The notes beneath the pieces are model-generated. The model saw only the letters and a program-made list of their open reading frames with translations, made no database searches and was not told where the DNA came from. A stretch of DNA of 64,000 bases, from IMG/VR virus record IMGVR_UViG_3300028394_003336; one strand, written 5' to 3'. Positions 29,830 through 38,280 of this stretch are shown piece by piece. A program made the translations under genes and the position numbers. Position 1 is the stretch's first letter; each line of letters starts with the position of its first letter. The stretch comes from a virus.

Positions 29830-31338
29830 ATGTCAATTTTAAGGTCGTATATAGATAAAAATAATACCATTACATCAAATTCATATGTAAACACGGCAAG
29901 AAACCCTGTTGTTGAGTTGAATTTTGGTGCTTCGGACTACGTAGTTCCAAACTACGGATACACAAGGTATATCTTTGATTTAGATTTAGTGTTACTTAGA
30001 CAAGACATTGCAACAGGAGTTATCTCAACAGGATGTACTTCAGCAATGACACACACATTAAAGATGACAAACACATCTTCATTTGATAATGAGTTACTTA
30101 ATTCATTTATGTCAAATGAAAGAAGAAGAGCAACTTCATTTGATTTAATTCTTTTCAGAATCCCTCAAACTTCAGGTAATACAGGTAATCCACAATATTG
30201 GGATGAAGGTGTTGGATATGATTATAATGACTTTAATATTGCAAAAAATAGTGCGATAGGTGGGTCATCCCCACTTACTTACGTAGATAGCAGAGCCTTT
30301 TCAACAAGACCTTCAAACTGGTACCAAACCACAACATTAGATACATGGTCACAACCTGGTATCTATAATAACAAAAATGAAGGTGCAGTTAACTTCTCAG
30401 GACTTACAATCGTAGCAAGACAACACTTTCAATTAGGAAATGAAGACCTTAACATGGATATGACTGATGAAATTAATGGAATACTTCAAGGAACAATAAC
30501 TGGTGTTACAGGGTGGGGTTTGGCCTACTTACCTCAAATTGAAAACATTACAGGTTTGACTGACAGTTATAGTGTTGCGTTTTTCTCAAAAGACACTCAA
30601 ACATTCTACCAACCATTCTTATTAACAAACTATGATGATTATATTAAAGATGATAGAAATCAATTTTTAAAGAACCAAGAAAATAGACTGTATCTTTATG
30701 TTTATCAAAATGGTGATTTAGTTAATTTGGATGCCGACCCAATTGTTAGAATTGAAGATAGACTTGGTGTTGCTGTTGATGGAATGGCAACTCTGAGTAC
30801 TTGTTTAAGAACAAAAGGTATCTATGAAGTAATTGTTCCGAATGGATTTACAGGTTCTCCAACTCCTTGTCAATATTTTGATATTTGGTCAGGATTGACA
30901 ATTAATGGACAATGTATCCCAAATGTTAAAAACCAATTCATACTTCAACCATATAGTGCTGGAATACAAATCGGACCAATATCAAAAGAACCTCAAATCT
31001 ATGGATTTGATTTCTATGGTATATTACAAAACGAACAAATTTTAAATTCAGACATTAGAAAAGTTGGGGTTACAATTAAGAAAGCCTATACAGGTCAACA
31101 AGTTCTTTTAAACGTTTCTGCATCATATAGAGTATATGTTATGGAAGGAACAACTGAAGTATTAGTTCAGGACTGGACACCAGTTAATAGAACACCTAAT
31201 GAATATTATTTCATTTTTGATATGAGAGATAAAATACCAAATCAATATTATGTTGATATTCAAGTGAGCACTTCAGGAGAGAAAGATACTTATAAAAGAC
31301 AATTAACGTTTAATATCGTAAACACAAAACAATCATGA
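29830..31338 (+). CDS. Putative virion structural protein (beta-rich)
   Basis: Thr/Asn/Gly-rich with WDEG.G motif; TATTTAT 29811-29817 upstream. Confidence 0.5.
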   Translation: MSILRSYIDKNNTITSNSYVNTARNPVVELNFGASDYVVPNYGYTRYIFDLDLVLLRQDIATGVISTGCTSAMTHTLKMTNTSSFDNELLNSFMSNERRRATSFDLILFRIPQTSGNTGNPQYWDEGVGYDYNDFNIAKNSAIGGSSPLTYVDSRAFSTRPSNWYQTTTLDTWSQPGIYNNKNEGAVNFSGLTIVARQHFQLGNEDLNMDMTDEINGILQGTITGVTGWGLAYLPQIENITGLTDSYSVAFFSKDTQTFYQPFLLTNYDDYIKDDRNQFLKNQENRLYLYVYQNGDLVNLDADPIVRIEDRLGVAVDGMATLSTCLRTKGIYEVIVPNGFTGSPTPCQYFDIWSGLTINGQCIPNVKNQFILQPYSAGIQIGPISKEPQIYGFDFYGILQNEQILNSDIRKVGVTIKKAYTGQQVLLNVSASYRVYVMEGTTEVLVQDWTPVNRTPNEYYFIFDMRDKIPNQYYVDIQVSTSGEKDTYKRQLTFNIVNTKQS

Positions 31339-31736
31339 GTAAAATAGTAAAATTTACTGAATCAGATTTAAATAGATTGGTAAAAAAGGTAATCTCCGAA
31401 CAGGAGGTTGAAGAAGGAATCTTTGATGGTGTTAAAGATTTATATAGAGGGGTTAAAGGAGTTAAAAGAGGATACGGCATGGATTATTTTCAAAACATGA
31501 GTAAACTAGAAAACCTTGTTAGAAAATTAAAAAATTTAGATGTTCCAAACGAAAAAGTTATGTTGGAATTGAAACAACTAAGAACAAAAGTTTCTTCATT
31601 AAACATGCCACAACAAAGAAAAGATGCAATTGTTAACCTGATTGATAATTCACTTTATCATTTTAGAAAATATTCTGATATTAATGACCAAATTTTGAAT
31701 CAAATAAAAACATTAAATTTAGACAGCTGGAAATAA
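31335..31736 (+). CDS. Hypothetical protein with N-terminal KxVKxTExDL..LVKKVxxEQ leader
   Basis: MSKIVKFTESDLNRLVKKVISEQ. Confidence 0.65.
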   Translation: MSKIVKFTESDLNRLVKKVISEQEVEEGIFDGVKDLYRGVKGVKRGYGMDYFQNMSKLENLVRKLKNLDVPNEKVMLELKQLRTKVSSLNMPQQRKDAIVNLIDNSLYHFRKYSDINDQILNQIKTLNLDSWK

Positions 31737-31737
31737 T

Positions 31738-32217
31738 ATGAAAAAATTAGTAAAATTAACAGAAAGAGATTTGAACATCCTCGTAAGAAAAGTTCTAAAA
31801 GAACAAGAAGAAGTAAACTACATGTTCTTTAGTAATCTGAAGCAAATTAAAAGACAATGTGAAATGATGCTTGAGATGAATCCAAGTGAAATAGATAGTA
31901 TAATTCAAAATGGTCATGATTGGGCTGATGACCACATAACTGAAGCCAAAACAAACATTGACCAAGTATTTGATTTTTTCAAAAATCAAATGGATGAACA
32001 ATCTGAATATGTTGATTATGAGGATATGGAAGAAAATTCATTATCCGAAGGTAGAAAAAAAACAGGTACTCCACTTTGTTCAAGAGGTAAAGCAGCTGCT
32101 AAATCAAAATTTAAGGTTTACCCAAGTGCATATGCAAACGGATATGCCGTTCAAGTTTGTAAGGGAAAGATTAAAGGGCTTGATGGTAAAAAACATTGTT
32201 CAGGTGCCTATTGTTAA
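31738..32217 (+). CDS. Hypothetical protein with the same leader and a C-terminal KFKVYPSAYAN module
   Basis: MKKLVKLTERDLNILVRKVLKEQ; basic Cys-containing C-terminal module. Confidence 0.65.
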   Translation: MKKLVKLTERDLNILVRKVLKEQEEVNYMFFSNLKQIKRQCEMMLEMNPSEIDSIIQNGHDWADDHITEAKTNIDQVFDFFKNQMDEQSEYVDYEDMEENSLSEGRKKTGTPLCSRGKAAAKSKFKVYPSAYANGYAVQVCKGKIKGLDGKKHCSGAYC

Positions 32218-32241
32218 TTTCTAAAATTATCCTTATCTTTG
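32210..32241 (+). promoter_or_regulatory. Bacteroidota-type housekeeping sigma promoter
   Basis: ATTG-N20-TATCTTTG immediately upstream of ATG 32246. Confidence 0.55.
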
Positions 32242-32245
32242 GAAA

Positions 32246-32656
32246 ATGGAAAACAAAGTTGTGGGACACATCCCGCGTTTATTATTCAAAATATATTTGA
32301 GTCTTAAAGAAAGATTTGACCCTACCCCTCCAATACCTGAAGAGGAAAGAATTACCGTAGAAATTTGTAAAAAATTAATTAATGACCCTGATTCAGAATT
32401 AACCTACGCACCAATTTCCGCAAAAAGATTTATTAAGAATGAAAGTAAAAGTATGTTTGTTGTTATTGAACATCACACAATTAACTTAATAAATCACGTA
32501 TATAGTTATTCGGTTTATCTTTCAAAAAACTCAGACTACAATGAAATTATTGGAGGTTTTGATAAAATCTTAGAAGTTAAGAGACAGTCTTTAGAAGATG
32601 AAATTACAAGTAATATTCAACATTCTTTACAGACTATTTTGAAGAAACTTGATTAG
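32246..32656 (+). CDS. Hypothetical protein
   Basis: 136-aa ORF with a host-type promoter. Confidence 0.6.
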   Translation: MENKVVGHIPRLLFKIYLSLKERFDPTPPIPEEERITVEICKKLINDPDSELTYAPISAKRFIKNESKSMFVVIEHHTINLINHVYSYSVYLSKNSDYNEIIGGFDKILEVKRQSLEDEITSNIQHSLQTILKKLD

Positions 32657-33332
32657 TATTTTCTCTAATCACCCTTCTTATAATTGTGGACAATTCTTCA
32701 TTTTTTGGTTCATAATGAGTCATCTTAGGCTTATTACCTGTACCTGATTTTGAATGTGTTTTTTCTGCCTTTCTTTTTTGTTGACATGCAGATTTTTTTT
32801 GTGATACAGACATTTTAGATGCAACTCCTGCGGCTCTACATTTTGGATAACCCTTATCACTTGCTTCAGGTCTTCCACAAGGTGGATGTTTACCATTAAC
32901 TTTTCTACAAATATTAACCCATGGTCCTGCTGGTTGTTTACTACCTTTTGGTTTCTTTTTTGTACCAAACCAAACCGCTAAATCTTCTTTAAGTGGACCT
33001 GTCGCTTGTTGTATTAATTTTTCAGGTAATTCTAAATCACCAATATTGCTTCCTTCGTCATCATTTTGACCAGTATAAAATTGTTTTAAATATCTATCAA
33101 TTTCTGCAACCCTATCTGTTCTCGCCTCAATTTTTTTTCTTTCTTCAGGTGATTCTTTAAAATCATCATCAGCTTCTTCATAAGCTAACTCAGCATTCTT
33201 ATAATGATATACAGGTTCAGTATAAGGACCAAGTTCGTTATTTTTCCAAAGTTGAGGCGCTAATACAATAGGAACTTTAAATTTTCCTGAACTTGATGCA
33301 CCAGTGGCTTCATTTATTGGCGTTTTTTTCAT
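32634..33332 (-). CDS. Hypothetical protein with basic DUF5872-like domain
   Basis: DL..WF...WVNI...PCGR...YPKCR motif; TATTTAT upstream (33341-33347). Confidence 0.55.
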   Translation of the reverse strand: MKKTPINEATGASSSGKFKVPIVLAPQLWKNNELGPYTEPVYHYKNAELAYEEADDDFKESPEERKKIEARTDRVAEIDRYLKQFYTGQNDDEGSNIGDLELPEKLIQQATGPLKEDLAVWFGTKKKPKGSKQPAGPWVNICRKVNGKHPPCGRPEASDKGYPKCRAAGVASKMSVSQKKSACQQKRKAEKTHSKSGTGNKPKMTHYEPKNEELSTIIRRVIRENTNQVSSK

Positions 33333-33361
33333 ATATTACAATAAATATCATTAAACTTATT

Positions 33362-33589
33362 ATGGAGAACGAAAAAATACCTATTACTCTTTTACTTGGG
33401 AGTATTGCGGTTTACAAACCTGAAGATGTAGATTCATTAATTGATAATATGAATTTTGAACAATCATTTTTTTATGTTATGCAAGCAATTCAATATGGTC
33501 ATAATTCAAATCTTTTTTCACTACAGGAAAGCGAATTAATATCAAAGTCATTAAGAATCTTAAATAAAGGAGTTAAATCTAAAGAATAA
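33362..33589 (+). CDS. Hypothetical protein
   Basis: Start at ATG 33362 (MENEK) avoids overlap with the divergent gene; followed by a terminator. Confidence 0.55.
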   Translation: MENEKIPITLLLGSIAVYKPEDVDSLIDNMNFEQSFFYVMQAIQYGHNSNLFSLQESELISKSLRILNKGVKSKE

Positions 33590-33616
33590 AAAAAAGGACC
33601 TCACGGGGTCCTTTTT
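33588..33616. terminator. Bidirectional intrinsic terminator
   Basis: AAAAAGGACC-tcacgg-GGTCCTTTTT between convergent genes. Confidence 0.8.
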
Positions 33617-33619
33617 CAT

Positions 33620-34444
33620 TTATATTTTATTTCCACAAGATGGACAAAACTTATAGTTTGATTTCATCTTGGTTCCACACTCAGTACAATATTGTCTAAT
33701 TTCTTCAACATTAATATTTTTAGTACTTATTGGTTGAATCTTAAATTTAATTGTATGAGATGTATGATAATTAAATTGTTCGTATGAATTGGTGAAAGTT
33801 TGATTTGATTGCTCACCCTTTTCAACTCTACCCGTTTCAATTGATTTACTTTTCTTCTTTGGTGATTTACCACTCAACAACGTACTTGATGTGTCAAATT
33901 TACTTCTAAAAGTATCTGAAGTAACAGAGCTTGTATAAGTCGCATTTGATAAATTTTGTGTTGTAAGTGTTGATGTACCACAAGTAAGACCTCCTGTTGT
34001 ACTAATTGTTGTTCCATAATACGAAGGAATAGTTGTATTTGGACCAGCATAAATGGTTCTATTACTATTCAAGTATAAAAAATTATTACTAATTTCTTGT
34101 TCGCTATAGAACTCAACTAATACATCCCCATTTAAATCAATTGCAGACCTATTTTCAGACGTGTCTTTTACTTTGTAGGTACTGAACTCAAACTTGTTAT
34201 TAGAGTCAAGGAAACGTTCTAAAAACACTCTCTGACCTGACTTCAATACAATACCACTTGTGGATATGTAAGAACCATTTAATTTGATTTTACAGAGAAC
34301 TGTTTTGTTTGTTGGATTATGAATTTCAAATTCAAAATTGTCTTTATCATTTAAGAAGACAATATGGCCGTTATAGACCTTTAGACGTGACTTTTTCTTT
34401 GTGATGTGCGCAGTCGGTTTGCCCACTTGTGTTGCGTAATTCAT
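33620..34444 (-). CDS. Hypothetical protein with C-terminal zinc ribbon
   Basis: YCTECG...FCPSCG; Ser/Thr-rich central linker. Confidence 0.7.
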   Translation of the reverse strand: MNYATQVGKPTAHITKKKSRLKVYNGHIVFLNDKDNFEFEIHNPTNKTVLCKIKLNGSYISTSGIVLKSGQRVFLERFLDSNNKFEFSTYKVKDTSENRSAIDLNGDVLVEFYSEQEISNNFLYLNSNRTIYAGPNTTIPSYYGTTISTTGGLTCGTSTLTTQNLSNATYTSSVTSDTFRSKFDTSSTLLSGKSPKKKSKSIETGRVEKGEQSNQTFTNSYEQFNYHTSHTIKFKIQPISTKNINVEEIRQYCTECGTKMKSNYKFCPSCGNKI

Positions 34445-34568
34445 TTTTTTTAATTTTATATTAGCTTATGACTACGTTACCAATACCTTTGTATCCGTGA
34501 ATACTCAACAGCCATTACGACTGGGGACTGATAACTTAAAATCTAATAATAAATATAGTAAAATTTTT

Positions 34569-34599
34569 TTTGATGAAAACAAAAAATGTCTTATCTTTG
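34569..34599 (+). promoter_or_regulatory. Bacteroidota-type housekeeping sigma promoter
   Basis: TTTG-N19-TATCTTTG upstream of ATG 34605. Confidence 0.7.
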
Positions 34600-34604
34600 T
34601 ATCT

Positions 34605-34817
34605 ATGAGAAAATTAATTCTTTTTATTGTATTGTTAGTGGGATTTACTTCTTGTTCTTCTACAAGACATGGTATTGTAAAAATGCCAAAACAATCTTAT
34701 GTAAAATGGTATTCCAAAAATTCTTTGAAAAAATATTCTAAAGAATTTTATGGGAAAGATTGGACAAAAAGGGATACTGTTTTTGTACCTATATTAGATA
34801 CTACAAAATTTAATTAA
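34605..34817 (+). CDS. Small lipoprotein
   Basis: MRKLILFIVLLVGFTS-C signal peptide II/lipobox; start revised to ATG 34605. Confidence 0.65.
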   Translation: MRKLILFIVLLVGFTSCSSTRHGIVKMPKQSYVKWYSKNSLKKYSKEFYGKDWTKRDTVFVPILDTTKFN

Positions 34818-36374
34818 TTATTGAATAATAAGTTTTAAAATACTTCCTTTTGTTCCTTGTATTGTAACACCTTTTTCATTTTCAATATCGGAAGTTAAGT
34901 AAAAATAATTTTGTTCTCCATCAACAGGAGTTGCCTGAGAGTAGTTTTTTATAAATTTTTCCTTTCTTTTTGAATACTGAAATTGTATAAGGGGATATCT
35001 TACTATAAACTCAAGATTGCCTGGTACGGAAAATTGTCCTACTTTATTTTGTATTGTATCGTTAATGTATTTTATAGTAGTTGGATATTTTTGTTTATTT
35101 TTTAGATTAACTACATAAAATTCGCCTTCTTCTCTTTGTCCCAAAACTTGTAGATTGTAAGTTCTTGTGAAAACATTTGTGTTAAGAGCATTTTTAACAA
35201 AATTAAAACCTTGTGTTTGAGCAACTTCAATATATTGTTTTTGTAAAGCAACTTGTTCAGCGGCAACTTTAGCATCCTCATCTTGTTTCTTTTTCACCTT
35301 TGCTGCTTCTTCAGCCGCAATTTCATCTTGTATCGCCTTCATTTCTTCGTTGGTGGCTTGTACTGACATTTTTATTGGGATACCACATCCATCTAAAACC
35401 ATTAAAGACCATGGTCCTTTATCACCTTTTTTGGAACCTGTCGCAACACAAGGAGATGGGAAATTGGTATTTGGGAATAGTTGTTTATTGTTTTTGTCTT
35501 TTATGTAAATTTCAGGTATTGATGAATGGCAATTTTGGGCTAAGCAAGAATACCATAACACTAACTGTTTTTTCTTTTCAAATTCAGGATTATTAACTAT
35601 TTGATTAACCATTTCAGGAGTAACCTCAACAACCGAATTCCTATTACAATCTCTTCCTTGACACCCTCCATTATTTAAGTTGGCAGTTCCCACTCTTGTC
35701 TTATTCAAATAAACCGCAAAAACCGCTTCATCACAAAAATGGTCTCCTCTACATGGTATTTGTGGGCTTGATTCATTTATGTAAACAAATTGTATTTTTA
35801 AACCAACTAAACATTCCGTAGTTACTTCTCCAGATGCCACTACAGAAAAACGAATAAATTGTTCCGCCTGATATTTTGGGTCATTTGGGTCCAATCCTTT
35901 TGGTGTTTTTCCTATTTCGGTTTTAAACTGTGGGATTTTTGGCATGGAAGGTAACTCTCCTTTTTGAACTAACCCGTTAAAAAAATCTGTTAATATTCTT
36001 GTAATTGTTTGTCCTCTTAAATTTGCAAGTTCTCCTGTACCTAAACTTTTCTTATTTTCTTTATCGTAATTTGTTGGTTTGGATTCCCCTGTGGTTAGTT
36101 GAATTTCCATAGGGATTCCTTTGTACTGTTTTAAATAATCCGCGATTTGAGTTAAAACATTTGTTATCTGCGTTTTTTGACTAGGACTTAACGCATTTTC
36201 GGAATGATACCCACTAGCAAAAGTTTGACTTGGTAAATCAAATGTTTTTGGTTCAATAGTTTGAGTTTTTTTAATTTGCTCGTTAACCAAGTATAAATTT
36301 TTTGTTGCACTTTCATGCATCATTAATATTCTTTTAACTTCTTCTGTGTCAATATTCCAATTCTGTTTAATCAT
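34818..36374 (-). CDS. Protein with N-terminal leader, OmpA-C-like domain and Cys-rich region
   Basis: F.SG...L...L..IA.YLK...I....GES..N...LA..R...I...L resembles the OmpA-like domain; TATTTAT upstream (36379-36385). Confidence 0.45.
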   Translation of the reverse strand: MIKQNWNIDTEEVKRILMMHESATKNLYLVNEQIKKTQTIEPKTFDLPSQTFASGYHSENALSPSQKTQITNVLTQIADYLKQYKGIPMEIQLTTGESKPTNYDKENKKSLGTGELANLRGQTITRILTDFFNGLVQKGELPSMPKIPQFKTEIGKTPKGLDPNDPKYQAEQFIRFSVVASGEVTTECLVGLKIQFVYINESSPQIPCRGDHFCDEAVFAVYLNKTRVGTANLNNGGCQGRDCNRNSVVEVTPEMVNQIVNNPEFEKKKQLVLWYSCLAQNCHSSIPEIYIKDKNNKQLFPNTNFPSPCVATGSKKGDKGPWSLMVLDGCGIPIKMSVQATNEEMKAIQDEIAAEEAAKVKKKQDEDAKVAAEQVALQKQYIEVAQTQGFNFVKNALNTNVFTRTYNLQVLGQREEGEFYVVNLKNKQKYPTTIKYINDTIQNKVGQFSVPGNLEFIVRYPLIQFQYSKRKEKFIKNYSQATPVDGEQNYFYLTSDIENEKGVTIQGTKGSILKLIIQ

Positions 36375-36395
36375 AATGATAAATATACTGGAAAT

Positions 36396-36425
36396 AAAAA
36401 AAGGGTCCCTTGTGAGGACCCTTTT
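36396..36425 (-). terminator. Terminator downstream of the major capsid gene
   Basis: AAAAGGGTCC-cttgtga-GGACCCTTTT. Confidence 0.8.
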
Positions 36426-36446
36426 GTATAATTGGTTTGGACCAGA

Positions 36447-38258
36447 TTATCTTAACTCTTTTAAGTCAAATGTTCTAACTCCATCAACTGTGATTCTACC
36501 ATAGAATCTGTTGTTCACCATTTTCTTAGCGTATCTAGTCATGATACCTTTGATTGGTGTGAAGTTAAATGGATTGTACATTGTTGGAGTAAGTTGTAAA
36601 GGTACATATGGTGCGTAAATGTAACCAGTGTCTAATAAAGACGTACCTTTATGTCCAATCAACACTTGGTTTGGTGGGAAGTAAGGGTCTCTATAAACTT
36701 GGTATCTACCAGCTAAAGTACCTACTCTCTCAATACCCATGTTGTATTGGTCTTGCTCTGGAGCCGCATTTGATACGTGGAAATATTCCAAATCATCAAA
36801 AATTGCACTGATTTCAGAAGAAACCACAATCCAGTTAGCACCACCTCTTAAAGTAGACTTGTGAATTTGTGCAGATAATTGGTTGATTGCTGTAATCAAT
36901 GTTTGGTTCCAGTCTTTTTGTGTGTAAGGTTGAGCGTTACCGCCTAATCTCTTCCAACCGTTGTAATCCCATCTTAAGTTCCAAGCCGCACCTTTTCTAA
37001 GGTCTCTCAAGATTTCTCTATCAATTTCAGCCGCAACTTGTTCAGATAATAAAGCTGTTAATTCAGCTTCAGCATCAATGTTGTGGAATGCTGCAACGTC
37101 TTGTGCCATTTCTGGAGACCATTGAGCTCTTAATTTTCTTTCAGTTACAGAAACTGTTACTGACATAAGGTCAAACGAAACTTCACCGATTCTATCTTCA
37201 AATTCTAAGTTCTTATAGATTCTATAAGTTGCTGAGAACGCGTTGTTAGACGCTGTAGAAGAAGAGAATGTAGAACCTGTGTAACCGTCCATAGAACCGC
37301 CACAAGTAATACATACTGGTACTTGTAAATCAACTTCCAAATAAATGAATCCGTTTACATCACAAATGTTGTCATATTGACCACCATCTGTTAATGAATT
37401 AGGGAAAACTAAGTTTTGGTTATTGTTACCGTATTGAACAATACCTTTACCATATCTTTGAGTTACAACTCTGAATAAGTAAGGACCTCCACCTGCTGTT
37501 GTTGTATTTGTAGAAACACCATTGATTGTTAAATCAGCTAAGAAAGCTTCAGTATCAATTGGGTTACCATCTGGACCAATTAATTTTCCAGCAGCTACAG
37601 ATGCAAAACCTGACATGATAACTAATACTTTTCTGTAATCAGTTAAAGCGTATGCTGCTGCGTCTAAGTTTAACGTTGTGTTATTCCATTGTGCTGTAAC
37701 ACAAGAAGTAACTGCAGATGTGATAGAACTAAATTGTCCTTTAGAATAATCATATAAACCTGGAGGGTCTAATGCAGGTTCGTTACCTTCGTAGAATCTA
37801 TCATAAAGGTCTCTTCCTGTATTATAATCATATCCAGCGTTTGGTGATGCAGGACCACTTGGTGCTCCGTAAGGAGGATAATGTATTCCTGTGTTGTCAT
37901 CTTGACCACCACCTGTTTCGTAGGATTGAATGTTAGGTACAAAGTAGAATAATTTACCGATTGGTAAGTTCATTGCTTGTACTGAAACGATATCGTTTGC
38001 TAATAATTTAGAGAAAACTCTTCTAACGATAGGGAAAACAACTGTTTCAAATGCACCTGTATCAGATGTAGATGATGCTTCATTAATTAAAAATGATGCT
38101 TGGTTTTCGTAAAGTTGAGCTACGTTTTCTCTCATGTGACCTTTAAGACCTTCTAAAAAGCCTAATTTGTCCCATTTGTTGATTGTATCTTCTTTGATAA
38201 CTTTAAGGTGCTTAAGACCGATGTTACCAACAAGACCTGATTCTAATAATGCTCCCAT
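36447..38258 (-). CDS. Major capsid protein (T4 gp23-like)
   Basis: P.VRRV...L.A.DIV.VQ.M..P.G.LF, RKLRA.W..E.AQD..A.H.IDAEAEL...L...I..EIDREI, YAPYVPL and F.P..G..TRY motifs. Confidence 0.96.
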   Translation of the reverse strand: MGALLESGLVGNIGLKHLKVIKEDTINKWDKLGFLEGLKGHMRENVAQLYENQASFLINEASSTSDTGAFETVVFPIVRRVFSKLLANDIVSVQAMNLPIGKLFYFVPNIQSYETGGGQDDNTGIHYPPYGAPSGPASPNAGYDYNTGRDLYDRFYEGNEPALDPPGLYDYSKGQFSSITSAVTSCVTAQWNNTTLNLDAAAYALTDYRKVLVIMSGFASVAAGKLIGPDGNPIDTEAFLADLTINGVSTNTTTAGGGPYLFRVVTQRYGKGIVQYGNNNQNLVFPNSLTDGGQYDNICDVNGFIYLEVDLQVPVCITCGGSMDGYTGSTFSSSTASNNAFSATYRIYKNLEFEDRIGEVSFDLMSVTVSVTERKLRAQWSPEMAQDVAAFHNIDAEAELTALLSEQVAAEIDREILRDLRKGAAWNLRWDYNGWKRLGGNAQPYTQKDWNQTLITAINQLSAQIHKSTLRGGANWIVVSSEISAIFDDLEYFHVSNAAPEQDQYNMGIERVGTLAGRYQVYRDPYFPPNQVLIGHKGTSLLDTGYIYAPYVPLQLTPTMYNPFNFTPIKGIMTRYAKKMVNNRFYGRITVDGVRTFDLKELR

Positions 38259-38280
38259 TTTAGTATTTGTTTTGTTTTAT

